From: Lophium mytilinum | Lineage: Eukaryota | Direction: 5' to 3' | NCBI GenBank assembly: GCA_010093605.1 | Contig: MU004192.1 | Coordinates: 876,882 to 940,881, forward strand | DNA length: 64,000 nucleotides | Part shown: one piece after another, positions 1-13,554 of the stretch | Numbering within the stretch: the first letter of the stretch is position 1 | How the letters are laid out: each line of letters starts with the position of its first letter | The notes under the pieces: generated by a model | Seen by the model: only the letters and a program-made list of their open reading frames with translations | The model's database searches: none | Told to the model about the DNA's origin: nothing | Program-made: the position numbers and the translations under genes

Positions 1-1
1 C

Positions 2-559
2 GAGAGTGGGTACGAGAGTGCGGCGGCGGCACCGGGGAAGGAGAAGCTGCATCCCGGGTGGGTGTCGAATATCCTGCATGCGGAGAAGGGGGTCGGGGAT
101 GTGGTGGGGGTTGCGCATCCGTATGGGGATTTTTTTCTGGAGGTGCAGGGGGAGGGGCCGGTGGTGCTGATATCTGGGGGCGTGGGGTTGACGAGTTTGA
201 TGGCGATGTTGAATGCGTTGGTGGAGCGGGGGGCTGGGAGGGAGGTGACGTGGGTGCATTCGGCGAGGAACGCGAGTGTGAGGGCGTTTGGGGCGCATGT
301 GGAGGAGGTGGAGAGGGCGGCGGGGAACGTGAGGGTGAGGTTGTTTGATACGCATGGCGGAAGAATGGAGTTGGGGGAGTTGGATAAAGAGAAGGAACTT
401 TTCTTGGGGGATGAGCGGGCGGAGTATTTCGTCTGTGGGCCCGCGCAGTTTATGCTGGATGTAGAGACGAAGCTAAAGGGTTATGGAGTGGACGCTGGCC
501 GGATCAAGATGGAGCTGTTCGGTACAGGAGGTGTGCCTAGGGGTTTGTCGAAGATTTGA
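2..559 (+). CDS. Flavohemoglobin (NO dioxygenase), C-terminal FAD/NAD(P)-binding part; 5'-truncated by the window edge
   Basis: Frame is open from base 2. Motifs HPGWVSNILH, HPYGDFFL, LISGGVGLTSLMAML, YFVCGPAQFM and ELFGTG match the ferredoxin-reductase-type C-terminus of fungal flavohemoglobins. The globin domain lies outside the window. Confidence 0.8.
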   Translation, partial: ESGYESAAAAPGKEKLHPGWVSNILHAEKGVGDVVGVAHPYGDFFLEVQGEGPVVLISGGVGLTSLMAMLNALVERGAGREVTWVHSARNASVRAFGAHVEEVERAAGNVRVRLFDTHGGRMELGELDKEKELFLGDERAEYFVCGPAQFMLDVETKLKGYGVDAGRIKMELFGTGGVPRGLSKI

Positions 560-1655
560 AATGGCTTCTTAGATGTATATATTACAGGATAATGAGTTGA
601 GGATCTATACTAATTTCACATGTATCCCTCTAGGCTGTATTTGTTCTCAGCTTCGAGTCCAAGGCCTCGTAATTTGACTTAGATTAGGAGGCAATGTGAC
701 GATCGGATTTCGCTGTCAACACTGCATCAATGCACCAAATGGGATTTGGGTACCAGACGAGAGTTTCAAGCCGTGCAGTTGAGATGATCTGTTTGCGCCC
801 CTAAATTGAATCAGAGGAACAGCGTGATTGCGAGAAGTATAATGGGGGCCAGTCCGGTATGTTACCCTCAGATGTTAATAAATTCTGGGCTGAATTTGGG
901 ATGAAAAGTTCGTCGCGCTTTAAAAGTTTAGTTTAAAGCTAGTTTCCAGGCTTGAATGCGAGATAAGGTGTCGAATCGGTGTTCATAGAAGCATATCACA
1001 TAAAACAGGCGTTCATAGTAGAGCAAATAAGATTTATTCGTCCTAGCAACAACTATCAATCCCCCATGAATCACCCTCACTCTAGCCATACTCATCTTCA
1101 CTCCACTTTGCCCCGGCCAACCACTTCCCTCCACAACACCCGGATCCACCACCTAACCACCATAGCCCCAGCCGTCACCACTAACCATCAAACTCAATTA
1201 AGATGTCAGGTATCTCAACCGCAACCAGAGCGCAAAGCATGCCCGATCCGTCCCGCCCATAGGACCTGCTCGCGCAGCCTTGACCGCTCTATAGTACACT
1301 GAAAGGAAAAAGGGGTAGTGTGTAAAGGGTAAGAGAAAGAAAGTCGAAGGTCAGAGAGCCGCACCTTACCACATCATCCGTAACCAGTGAAGGCGTAGAC
1401 GAAATAGAAGGAGCCAGCAGTCTAGCCTCCATGGACCCGAAATTTAGCCCCCATAGACAGGGGGCAAGACAAATCGAGCAGGATTGAAAAAGGGTCAAAG
1501 AGACTGCAGAAGAACTTTTAGAAGCAATCGGTATCCCGCCACGCCGGTGAAAAGTGAGTTTGAGAGACCGTGACCGAGCGCCATTCGCCAGAGAATTGAA
1601 ACCAGGGGAGCCTTAGTGGGAACAGTCGGCATGGAGGAAGGCTGGCGAGGGACAC

Positions 1656-3987
1656 CTAGGCCTTCTCCTCCTGGACCTCTTCCTTCTCGTCGCCGCCCTT
1701 GGTCTTGACATAATCATCGTAAACACTCATAGCCTCCTGGACCTTGGCCCGGAGAGCTTCGTCATCACTCGTCCTAAACGGCTGTTAGCAATATACTCCT
1801 AGATCTTGAGATGTGCACTTACAGGTTGATCAGCTCCGCATTGTCCATCTCCAGAAGCATACCAGTGATCTTGCCGGCCAGCTCTGGCTGCTGCTCGTAG
1901 ATCTTAGGGTAGAGCGCCTCACCCAGCATCTGCTTCTGTTGTGGAGGAGGAGCACTGGTGAGAGTGCCCATGTCGACACCAGCAGCTGGGGGTCCGGGAG
2001 GCATACCGCCAGCTTGAGGTCCTCCACGACCTTGCGGGAAGGGTGGCATCTGCTGCCCTGGTCGTCCTGAGACAGCTCCGCGAGCGCCAGCGCCTTGGCT
2101 GAAGTTAGCTCCACCACGCATGGCTGGAACGGTAGGCATCTGTGGAGGCATACCACCTGGCATGCCAGGCATGGATGGCATTGGGCCTCTGCCACCGGCA
2201 CCGCGACCACCCATAGCCTGCTGGGCCTGAGCTGCTTGAGCCATCTGCTGGAGGTATTGCGGGCTGAGGTACGGCGGAAGAGCGCCCGGAGGCATGTTTG
2301 GAGGGAAGCCATACATGGGTGGCATCTGCTGAGCAGCGTTGGCACCACCACGTCCACCCTGCTGGCCAGGGAAAGGTGCTCCACGGCCGCCTTGGGGAAT
2401 GGCCTGGGGGTAAGGCATCTGTCCACGAGCGCCCGGGGGAAACACCATCGGCTGTTGGCCAGGAGCCATGAACATCTGAGGTTGACCGAAAGGTGCGTTG
2501 ACGACACCGGCAGCATTCTGCGCGGCTGCCTGTAGACGCATCTGGTTGCGGGCCTGGATGGTGGCCTCCAGTTGATTCTTGCGGACGTCCTTGCGCTGGG
2601 CAAGCGCAACGTACAGCGGCTTGCTGTTGATCATCTTCTGGTTCATATCGGTCACGGCCTTTGTAGCTTCGTCGGGGTTGCTGAAGCAGACGAAACCGAA
2701 GCCCTTGCTCTTGCCGAGGATCTTCTTCTCGCCCTTGATGGTGACCTTGACCTTCTCCTTGTCCTCGTCTCCAGAGCTCTCCTTGGCTTCTTTTTCGCCA
2801 TCCTTCGACTCCTCGCCTTCTTTCTTCTCCTCCTTCTTTTCCTCGGAAGGAGTCTCAGCACGGTCGGCGGGAATGGCATCGCGCATAACCTTAGCAGAAG
2901 TGATGGTGCCGAAGGGGGCAAACAGATCGCGAAGCTTGTCGTCATCAACGTCGTCGTCAAGGTTCTTGACGTAGAGGTTGACGCCCTGGTACTTGGATTG
3001 CTTCTCCAACCGGGCCTGCTCATACTGCTTGCGCAGCTCCTCCTCACGCTCGTGCTTCTTCTGGGCACGCCCAACGTACAGCTTCTGTCCTTTGAAGTCA
3101 AAGTCGTTGAGCGTGTCGACAGCGACCGCGGCATCCTCGTGCTTGATGTAGTTGACGAAACCGAACCCACGGCTCTTGCCAGTCTCGGAGTCGTGTGCGA
3201 GGGAGGCAGAAGTGATGGGGCCGTGCTTCTCGAAAAGATCGCGGAACTCGTCGTCGGTGACTTCGAGCTCGACGTTCTTGACGTAAATGTTGGTGAAGTT
3301 GGCCTTCATCTCCTCAAACTTGCTCATGCGGTCCTTCTTGGGGATATGGTGACCGACGAACACCTTCTTCTCGTTCAACAACATGCCGTTGACATGCTTG
3401 ATGGCGTTGGTAGCTGCCTCAGCAGTCTCGTAGTGAACGAACCCATAGCCCTTGGAATTTCCCAGCTCGTCCTGAGCGACCTTGCAGCTAAGGATGTTGC
3501 CGAAAGCGGCAAAGGTGTCGTGAAGGGCCTTGTTGTCGATGGCGATATCCAAGTTCTTGATGAAGACATTACCCTGGCCAGTCTTGCGCAGAGCGGGATC
3601 GCGCTGCGACCACATGATGCGGCATGGCTTGCCCTTGATAACGGTGTAGTTGAGCTCCTCAAGAGCCTTTTCGCCATCCTCGGAGCTGTTGTAGTTGACG
3701 TAGGCATAGCCGAGCGAGCGGCGGGTGACGGCGTCACGGCAGACACGAATAGAGGCGACCTGGCCGATGGACGAGAACAGCTCGAAGAGCATGGCCTCGG
3801 TGACGGAGGGATCGAGCTCGCCGACATAGAGCGAGGCAGAGTTCTGGTGGGCAGTCGACGGGGCGGCAGAGGTCGGGGTAGCAATATCGCCAGACTGCTG
3901 CGAGGCCGGCACGTTGGTGTTCAGGGTGGTGCCGTTGGCCTCAGCGCCATCGTGGGCCGGCGATGTAGAGTTTGCAACTTCAGACAT
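1656..3987 (-). CDS. PAB1: Cytoplasmic poly(A)-binding protein (4 RRM + MLLE/PABC)
   Basis: Four RRMs ([45 protein letters not shown]) and MLLE motif [13 protein letters not shown] at 3987 (MSEVANS). Intron 1822-1774 (GTAAGT..CTAAC..TAG). Last exon [22 protein letters not shown] stops at 1656. Confidence 0.97.
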
Positions 3988-3996
3988 CTTGGTACA

Positions 3997-4104
3997 CTGG
4001 AAAAAGCAGATGTTAGAGGACGGCCAGGCTTCAAAGGGAGATGCGCGTGGTGAAGAAGTAGGAAGAGTAGGGAGCTGGGCGTATGATGCAGGCGCGAGGC
4101 TCAC
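3997..4104 (-). other. Probable 5'-UTR intron of PAB1
   Basis: On the minus strand: GTGAG donor at 4104, CTAAC branch near 4012-4016, and CAG acceptor at 3999-3997, 9 nt before the ATG. Confidence 0.6.
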
Positions 4105-5174
4105 CAGAGTCAGTTCTAGGGAGAAGCTGGGGCTGCGTCGTTAAACGTGTGTACGGCGTAGGATACGGGGCAAATCCAAGAGCCGGCAGGTGACGCTTGT
4201 ACGGGCAGCGACGGGAGAGCGAGAGGCGCGTGGGGAGCGTGTCGGGCGGGTGAAGGACGGGGAGTGAGGTTGGCTTTAGTCGGTCGACTTCAGCTGCTTT
4301 TTTTCGGATTTTAACGTTTTTTTGGCGGGCTTTAGATGTTTTCTGAAGGGGGGTGGGGGACTGGAGAGAAATCTCCAGGAGAAGCTTGCTCTTGTGTGGA
4401 TGTGGGTGGTGTTGGATGAAAGAGTTGAGAAGCCACCGGGCCTGCACACAAGAAAATTATTCCACCTGTCACTCCTGCACGTGATCCAACGGCGACGCTA
4501 CTGACGCACGGGCCACAGCACTCTCCAACAAGCAACTGTCAACTGTGCGGCAGATAGTGGGAGGCGGCGCTGGGACTTTGAGTGAAAGCTCGATGCAGCG
4601 CGCTTGACAAGAGCCTGGGAGCATAGGAGGGCTGTGCCAAAGCCAGAAGGCGCTTCATCGCCGCCCTGGGAGGGACAATCCAAGACATCAAAGGTGGCAG
4701 CACTGCTTCATTACACTCTTCACTTGTCTAAGAAGCATACATGGTCTTATTATAGGAATCCGTTCATGATCCTGCTACTTGTCAAAGGCCTTCTAGGTGG
4801 TGTTCAAACACTAAGTATGATGAGGTTGCATTGTCTTGAGCAGTATATAGATTTCGTTGGGCCGCCTCAGGCGCAGCACCCTGGCAGGATGATACCACCA
4901 AATGCCCTGAAGAGTTGCACTAGATCGAATTTGATAGTCTGTTTAGATCGATGGCGAGGCACTGTATCAGGCTTCTCGGTGTGACTATGCATTAAGGTTG
5001 TCCGCCTCGCATCCAGCTAATATATACAGAGCGACACATCCAATATAACAACCAACTCTGCCCCCAGACAACGCAAACGTCCAAAGCTATTTTCCGCCGC
5101 CCAAAGAAGATTGGCCGCGAAACACTCTACAGCAGACGCTTGCTAACAATGGGTATCTGGTGCGCAAGAAACAA

Positions 5175-8100
5175 TCAATCGCTCAAACTCTCGTCCCACC
5201 CACCCTCGTCCACCAAAAACTGCTCCACCCGCGTCTTACAATCGTTCAAGCCGTGCCCCAGGGCCTCGCGCCACTGCCCTTCGACCAACCCTACCTTCTC
5301 TTTAAGGTCTACTGTCAGTCGTCGCTCCTCCTCGTTTCGCACTGCCTTCATCTCGCGGTCTACGCTGGCGAAGTCTTCGCCCGCTAAATACCGCTGCGTC
5401 TCCAAGAGGCGGGAATTCGCCGTCATCACGCCCGTCTTGACCTCATGCAAGAGGCAGAGTAGGTTGATCTGCGACTCGATGAACTGGTAGGCCGACTTCC
5501 CGGCATGCGCGAGCAGCGAATAGAGGTACTGCAGCGGAAAGTCGTGATACGCCGGGTTCTCCTCAAACTCCTGCGGCGGGATCAGAACCTCGAACCCTGC
5601 CAGCTGGCTAGGGATCTTCTGTACGATAGCTAACAGACCGGGCGCAATGTCCCAGAAAGCCGAGAGCTGGATTTCGACGCCTCTGGTTACGTTTCCTTCG
5701 ATGACGGCAATGAACACTTCGAACCGCTTGAGCGTCTCCTTCTCGAACACAACCTTTCTGTCTTGTGCGTCGCGTCGGAAGAAGTTTTCCGCTTCTCGAA
5801 CCTTGGTATCGTTACCTACTTGCTTATACGGCGTCACTACGATGTCCTTGTAGCGATCGTTCCGCTCGTCCTCAAGCTCAAACATTTCCCGATGCAGTTG
5901 TTCCCGCGCCTCGAAAAGCCACTTGAGCAATGTCAGCTTCTCCAGAAGCTCGGGCTGCTCGTCACCCTCTTCTTGAGTCTGATTAGGGTTCAGATCCCGC
6001 GCGTCGTTGAACAAGCCGCTGCGCAGTTGTTCAATGGACGCAGATATCTTCGTGACGCGTTCCGAGAGCATAGCATGCAAAGGGCTTGCAACTTCCTTCT
6101 GGAACTCGTCGAAAGTGTTTTGGACCAAGTCTTGGCTTCGTTTGTTTTCTCGTGCGTCAAAGTCGGCCTCGGCGTTTGCTGCGTCTGCGAATGACATCGA
6201 ACCCGTTCGGATATTCTCTTGAATGTTATACCGAAGCTGGTTGCGTCTCTCCGATAAGCCTGTCCGTTCCTGCTCCCTATGTGCATTGTTCTTGGTCGCG
6301 AAGTTCTCTTTCATCGGGGCAATATCTTGCAAATCCGAAAGTATCCGAAGACTGGATCTGATTGAACCCAGGTCAGGGTGATTGTTGTTAACGGCGGGAT
6401 GATGGCGAGGATACGGCGGTGGAAGCGTTACTAGTCGCGAGACATCTAGCTTGTATGGATCCGGGGTTGCGGGCGCAGAATGCGAGTATAGACTGTACGA
6501 ATGGCTAGATGACGGATATGATAGCTCGTGGAGGCCGCTCTTCTCAGGAGGGTATTCGTCAGGCCCATAGACGTGCGCCTGGGTGCTCGGCCCCGGTCCG
6601 TATGACGGTGACGCTTCGGCCTCCCATTGTAGATGCTCTCGTGCTTCTCGCGGGAGACCCATATATTTGGATTCTCTCTTGCTTCGCTCGATCCGTTTGC
6701 CGCCTCGACCATCAGAGCCATCTGCGCTGGCCTCCCACCACCGACTTGCCGACCTTCCACGTGAGTCTTCTTCATCCGCCACCGTACTGACTGTCATACT
6801 AGGGATTGGAGAAAGACATGGCTGGAAGCTATTCCAAGCTTGACTTTCTCCTCGCCCCCTCCCTTGACTTGATGCACTCGCTGGTGAACTTGGTTCTGTG
6901 TGCGGAGTATCTATGGCCATTGAGGAAGCAGGGCTGGCAGCAGTGGTCGGAGCGCTGATTCTCGCATCGGGGGACTCTTCTAGATTCGATGCCTGTGATC
7001 GTCGCCCACTTGCACTGGGAAGAGCGGATGCGTTTGGGGTAGTTGAGCGTCGCCCACTCGTCCCATATGACCTCCACATATCCCTCGTGAGATCGAGGAT
7101 GTCACTAGCCATTGCATCGAAAGCGGTCGAGTAGCGATCCCGCCGAAGCCTCGACTCTGCCACAATGAATTCCGCGAAGAGTTCCAGCCTATCTTGATCC
7201 GTTTGGGCTGATACTTCTTGTTCGATGAATTTGCGATGACGTTCGATAGCTGACTGGGCAAACAGCTCTCGTTCGCTAGGCTTAGGAGTACTGGTGTTCA
7301 AACCAGCTGAAGCCGGGGCAGAAGGTGGACGAGCTGGAGAAAGAGGGGCGGGCATCGAGCCAGCTTCCATATTCGGCGTATGCAGGATGTGAGAAATTGG
7401 CCGAGGCGTCTGTTGCTTAGGAACAGACAAGCCGTAGTCGTCTCCCACATGCTGAGGCGGTGGTGTAGGAAGTGTCTTCGGTGGTATCGCTGGAGAACCT
7501 CTCTGGACAATACTTTGCTTGAATCTGTCGGCACCCGGTGAGAACGGTGGCGTTGGCGCAAATATCTCAGGAGATCTAATCTTATTGGCCTCCACTCTCG
7601 GCGTTGAGTTGTTAGAGCCAGGATCTTGCAGGTCATCGTATGATCTCGTGGTCCCTGACAGCGTTTGCCCATCTCTGGGTGAGTATATGTTTCGTCCACT
7701 TCTTGGAGTGCCTTTCGTCATCCCTCGCCGTCGGCTGAGCGCACCATCAGTAGTGCTGGCTAGAACCAAATCGGCCGGCTTGGAAGAGGCTGCCTCCATG
7801 TCAACGGCCCATGGGTTGTTGTTAGGTTCGACAGCACTGGGTATCTCCGCCGCCCTTTCCACAGCCCTTTCACGTGCCGCCCGGCTTTCACTCCGTCGTT
7901 CTCGTATACCTCTGGCACTCGGATCACGTTTTGCTGGTGTCCGAGCCAAACCGCCAGACGAGAGTGTAGATGACAAAGCTTGGTCGACATTTGATCCTGA
8001 TCCTGATCCCGATCCCGATCCCGATCCTGGGTTGATAAAAGGAGGTTGGCCCCGTGGCATATACAGTCCCTGGCTAGTGGTGTCCAGATGTAAGCCATGC

Positions 8101-9574
8101 GCAGCCGGGGATCTCGATCGAGCTCGAGCAGCTTCATCTTGCCATCCTATTGGTGTAGGTGGTATTGGAGTGAGGCTTGTTCCGGTCTGCGCAGGTCGTC
8201 TCGTCGGAGGGCCAGGCACTGGACCATCTCCTCTTGTGAAGGAGTTCGGCGTACGGCTCATACTTTGAGACCTTGAATTACTTGGTGGAGGGCCAGGTGG
8301 CGGCGGTGGTAGCGGCATTCCCGGCTCCCAATTTTGGCCAAGCAACGGAGAATGGTCGATGGGAGTCCTGCCGCTCGAACCTGCTAGGCCTATAGCACCT
8401 GTCGAGGCTGCCCGGCGAGCAGTCGGTGCTCTCACTGGAGAGTCTGGACTCCATCGGCGTTCCGGTGTAGGTATTGAGATATGACTATCAGATGTCAATA
8501 AAATCCAGGAAACCCTTGAGAGCACACTCACGGCTGTGACGGTCTTGTCCCATGACCGGTATTGAGCGAATTACGGGATAGTACATCGCTCGTACTAATA
8601 CGCAAAGACTCAATAGCACTAGGTGGTGTGGCATTGTCCGAGGCGCGGCCCCTGGTTAGACTGGAAAGATTGAAGAGCGAGTGCTGCTTTTCCGGTCTTG
8701 GCCGTGTCTCTGAGTTATCTCTACGACTCTTGGGGGGAGGTGGAGGAAATGAAGGCGTGCCGGGAGGGTTCAAAGCACTGGAAGGTACCGAGGATGCCGT
8801 TGACATCCTGTTATCGAATCCGGGTGGTGACCTATAGTAATCCGATCCAGACGATGTCCGATGCTGCAGTAGATATTCGCCATGGCCAGAGCTGGGAGAC
8901 GGGTTGTGTGGGGGAGCAAAAGCACCGCTGGACATATGGGGGGAGGCACCTATGGGAGCTTGTCCAGGAGTATACGGCGGAGGAGGAGACGGCAAGTTTG
9001 CTAAACAAGATTTAGCCCCGTTACTCGAAATAAGTAGTATGAGAGAATGCAGAAAGCGGAGGTCTACTGTGGTCTACAATGGAACGTTATACGGAATAAG
9101 TCTTCAAGCTAGGAGTTCGTGATAGATGAGAAAGCAATTACCCTCCAGTCCGGTCAATTCCCTCTGCCTAGGCGGTACGGTAGCTGATTGCGGGCTTGAA
9201 TGCGGAACGTAGGTCCCTCCTGTAGGACCGTTCCGTCCCCATTGCTGTGGATTGTACGGAGCTGCCATGGACGCTGCGCTCCGCAGAGCCATCGGCGAAG
9301 TACCTCTCGATTCTGCGGGCGCGGAAAAGTTGGAGGGAGCGTATGGCGAGAAGGGCGTGCTTAAGGAGGTCGCAGAGGCTGGCGTCTGCGTATGCAGGAA
9401 CCCTCCTTGCTGGAAGCCTCCTTGCTGCGGGGCCAAGGCGGTGGTGATTGTGGGTGGTTGAAGGGCAAGGCGCCTCTGGGGAGACGGCGCTCCTCCTTCG
9501 CGAGGAGCAGATGTTGGCGGCGGTGGAGGGGGCGGCGGCGGGAGAGAGGCCTGAAAGCCATACTCAGCACTCAT
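5175..9574 (-). CDS. Large uncharacterised fungal protein (about 1400 aa): Pro/Ser-rich disordered N-half, predicted helical/coiled-coil C-terminal region
   Basis: Three ORFs join through introns 9141-9001 and 8531-8485 with consistent phase (..EG/EANLPSPPPPY..; ..SQP|HISIP..). The C-terminal ~450 aa is ordered, helical-looking sequence. Confidence 0.8.
7993..8028. repeat. Hexanucleotide microsatellite (GATCCY)x6 encoding a Gly-Ser linker
   Basis: gatcct gatcct gatccc gatccc gatccc gatcct, translated GSGSGSGSGSGS on the minus-strand gene. Confidence 0.9.
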
Positions 9575-10711
9575 GGCGGCGGTGACAGGGCGTGTCTGAG
9601 CGCCGAAGCCTCCAGCGGCTGCTGCGACTCGAGCAGCGAATCCAGGCGGGTCTCTGCTGGTGATAGAGGAGCTCTGCAGCCCGAGAGGTGTTGGTCACTC
9701 GAAGGAGAGCCACAGCAGATGGCACCACAGCGGGGGGGTCCAGGCACCCTGGCGCATGGTGGACGTTGGGCGGGAGAGAAGCTTCGGTGGGCGTGGTGTT
9801 GTGATGGACTGAGGGCTACCGGCATCGCCCATTCGTCCCCTCGCACAAGGCTCGCCGGCGACCTTTCCTGAAGGCGCGCTGGCCCCAGAATCGGGGGGCA
9901 AGCGAGCGTGCAGGGCGAATGGGAGTGGGTCGACTCGGGGTGCATAAAAAAGCACGGCTTGAGAGGCCATGCAGCATCCCTGTGCGCCATCAACACGGCG
10001 CTTAACGGGCTCCCAGGGCTGGCCGGCAGACTCTCCCGCGGCTGACACTGCGCCCGCTGCCGGTGCCGGATTGAGGGTGCAATGTTGAATCGCCTGAAAT
10101 CTCCGAGCTTGATCGCTGCTGGACGAGCTTCTGGGACGATGTAGCCCCTGAGCCTGAGGGGAACGCTGCTCCAAGTGTCTGGGAGCGATTGAGATATATA
10201 AATAGCAAGCAGCAGCTATAGCGAGCTCGTATATAAGCTAGCTCAGTCCGGAAATAGTCGACACACCGCGCGGAAGATCCGAACGCTATGTGAGCTAGCG
10301 CTGTGTGAAGTCTGATAGAGACGCGAGCGCCGGCCAATTGTGTGCACAAGGTGTCTGAGGCAGCGAGAACCAACTGCCACCAACACCACTACGACCGTGA
10401 GGCCCTTGTATTGGTCCGCTATCTGAGTCGGCTCGACGGGTCTGCAAGTGGGCTTCAAAGCACTTCTCTAGCGAATTAGAAAGCACGCAGAATGGTTTGG
10501 CCAAACGGTGAGAACTGCAGCCGTCCCAAACCCTGCCTAGGAGGCGTGCACAAGACGTGCCACAAGAGCAGCAAGGCTTCCGATTAAAAATGCGGTGCGT
10601 TCTGATTTCTCTATGGTACCTGGCGAGCCGCTGAGTATAAGAAACCAAGTCGGCGCCGTGATGTGAAAGACCACTCGAAAATGGAGACTGCTCGGCGAAA
10701 ACTAAACCTGC

Positions 10712-11908
10712 TCAATACTTCTTGTGAACATCGATAACTTTTTGCACTTCGTCGTAGCTGCCCATAAAGATACCAGACCGGTCGTGGATGTGCTCTGGCA
10801 CGACTTCCAGCATCCGCTTCATGTGGCTGTCTACCGCTTGACCGCCAGCTGTAACCAGTCAGTAGCGTTCTCAATGGAATCTGGGGAGCTCATACCATTC
10901 TCAAACACCAACGCCATCGGCGCGCACTCGTACAGAATTCGCAGCTTCCCTTTCGGGCTCTTCTTGTCTGCCGGATACGCAAAGATACCGCCGTACAACA
11001 GCGTCCGATACGCATCAGCCACCATGGACCCGATGTATCTCGCGCTGTACGGCTTTCCGCCCTCCTCTGGGTACTTCAAGCTGTTGACGTACTCCTTGAT
11101 CGGATCGGTCCAGTACAAGCTGTTACCCTCGTTGACCGAGTAAATCGCCCGCGACTTCGGCACCTTCATGTCTGGATGCGTCAGGATGAACTCGCCGAGC
11201 GCGTTGTCCATGGTGAAGCCATTGACAGTTCCGCCCTTCATGGTGAGCACCAGCTGGGCCGAGGCACCGTACATGGTGAAGCCGCTGGCCACCAGCTCAG
11301 TTCCCGGCTTGAGCAAGTCTTCCTTGGTGCCTTTCGCGTCCTCTGGGAGCTTGAAAATGCCGAAGATGGTTCCAACCGACACGCCGGCGTCCAAGTTTGA
11401 CGAGCCGTCAATTGGATCGCAAACGACGCCATACCGGGCATTCGGGTACTCGTTGAAAGCGATGGCCTCATCCTCTTCCTCGGACACCAGTATCTTGACC
11501 CGGCCACAGCTCTTCATGGCGGCGATGAAGATGTCATTGCCAATCACGTCGAGCTTCTTCTGGTCATCTCCGGTCATGTTCGAGGACCCCGCCAGCCCAG
11601 TGAGCTAGTATCGACCTCAGCATACAGTATCATGTTTTGTACAGGAGCCGCCGGGACTCACGTTGATCAGTGTGGCTCGTCGGATGTAGTAGGCAATGCT
11701 CTTGAAGGAGAATTGGAGGGCGTGGCAGAGGAGTCTGTCCGAGCAGTTAGCAGTCGTTCATGCTTCACAGCGTGCAGGTCTCCTACGTGAAGTCTCCCGT
11801 GGCCTCCTTGTGCTTCACTTGCTCTTCCGTCAGGAATCTTGTGAGGGTCACAATGTCTGTGTTGATCTTCTCCGCCCCGACTGCGCCTCCTTCGTTGCTG
11901 CCGTTCAT
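10712..11908 (-). CDS. FBP1: Fructose-1,6-bisphosphatase, class I
   Basis: Motifs GDDQKKLDVIGN, VSEE, DPIDGSSN, RYIGSMVAD, GKLRILYE. ATG at 11908, several short introns, last exon ..SYDEVQKVIDVHKKY* with stop at 10712-10714. Confidence 0.95.
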
Positions 11909-13554
11909 GGTGAATGTGGAGAGGTTGCGTGAGGGTATAGGGAGTAGCACGGATGGGTAAGGAGCAATTGACTGGGTATATCTCAGGGAGAAGGGTTGTA
12001 GCAGAGACCTGGTTTCAGGTGGCTAGTATCGGGCACGCGGATCAACCTTCGGTATCTGCTTGGTTCGACGGTTGGCTGGATACACTCGCCCTCGGCAACG
12101 CGATTGCTACGGTCACGAGCTGTAGAGAGTGTGCTGGTTGCGGCGGCGAGAGCAGACGAGCTGGAAGAGAGTGCTGCGCAGCTTGTGGGGCCATCGGCTG
12201 CATTTCTAGGCCTTGTGGTGGCCGTCTCGTGCCTTTGTTGGACCGCGAAGATGACGATAGAGCGCGTCTCGATGCGGGGCGCTGTTCTCTCCGGAATGCC
12301 TTGCCCGACATCTTCCGTCGACAGACTCTGCCTGTGATTTGCCGCGGGAACTGTCAGAAGCTCCGAGTTCAAGATGCTGATGGCAGGCAGGCGTGTTTTC
12401 CTGCCTCCCTGCAGCAAACAATCGTCTCTTGGAGCCAATATGTAGTGTCTGCTGTCCAAAGAAGTGTTTTCGAAAACCACGGTGCGGGGTAGCTTCGTGC
12501 GCACAGAGAGCTTCAGAACCCTCAAAAACCAGCAAACAACCCAGCAGGGCTTAGTGAGACTTTGTCACATTTATCCCGCTTCGGTAGAACCCTCAACCTC
12601 CAGTTGCTCGCACGCCTATTTCCGGAATCTGCAACCGTGAGGCTTCTCGGCCGTGGAGGGCACGAGGGGTGTGAGGGGCACCCCAGATTATCCCGCTCCG
12701 GCATGCCGAACAAAGTTGCACCGAGATTCAGGGTCTAGCCGCCCGCGTTTTGCCATGTAGCTTAGTGCCGTAGGAGAGGTCTGGAACCATAGGACAACCG
12801 CTTACGATGTGGTCTGATTTACGAGGTTCAGATCTTGACATTTGTGGTGAGATTTCCTTATATGTCCACTGGTCCCACTGGTGTCTCAGAGGGTGTGCAA
12901 AAGAAACGGTGATGAGGTCTGAATTATGGTGTTGAAAGTTTTACATTCGTCGCCAGATTTCAATCATGTGTCCAGGGGCCCGATTGGTGGTTTAGAGGGC
13001 GTGTAGAAGTAAGACACCATATTCTTAAAATGAGCTCTATATCTAATGACAATAGACCGAAGCATAGAAACGAAGGTGAGATCAGATAAGGTCTAACAAA
13101 CGATTTTTAGATCTTTACAATCGTTGTGAAATTTGTGAAATTATCTAGGGGCGCCACAAGTGATGAAGAGGCTGTCCAAATGTAAATCAGCACAGCTCTA
13201 ATATGAGCCCCAGCCCTGGTTATATTGGACGGAAGAGCAGAATTATAGGTGTTGCAAGATGGTATTATATAGCAGCGCAAATTAGAGTGTAAGCTCGTTA
13301 ATTTTGCGCATGTCCAAGATACCATCAGGGTAGCCTCAGGTCACTACCAAACGTGGAAAACTGACCTTGTTATGAATGCAATGTGGAGGTTAACATATAA
13401 TGCAACTAGTTAGCATCACAAGTTAGAGTAGTTGAAAATGCATACTTGGAGGCGTTATATGTTAGAGTGAGAACAGTGTCTTATTGCACGTAATCAAGTC
13501 TCGTTGAAGACCCTCAGCACGCCATCATCTCTCCCAGCCGCCCACCTCCACCCC

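Noticed and set aside
2572..4053. 493-aa + strand ORF
   Set aside because: Antisense shadow of the strongly codon-biased PAB1 gene; no independent protein features.
11910..12720. CreA (SYGGRG) and CGG-type gluconeogenic sites upstream of FBP1
   Set aside because: GCGGGG hexamers are present but too short and common to support; I found no clear CCG-N7-CCG site.
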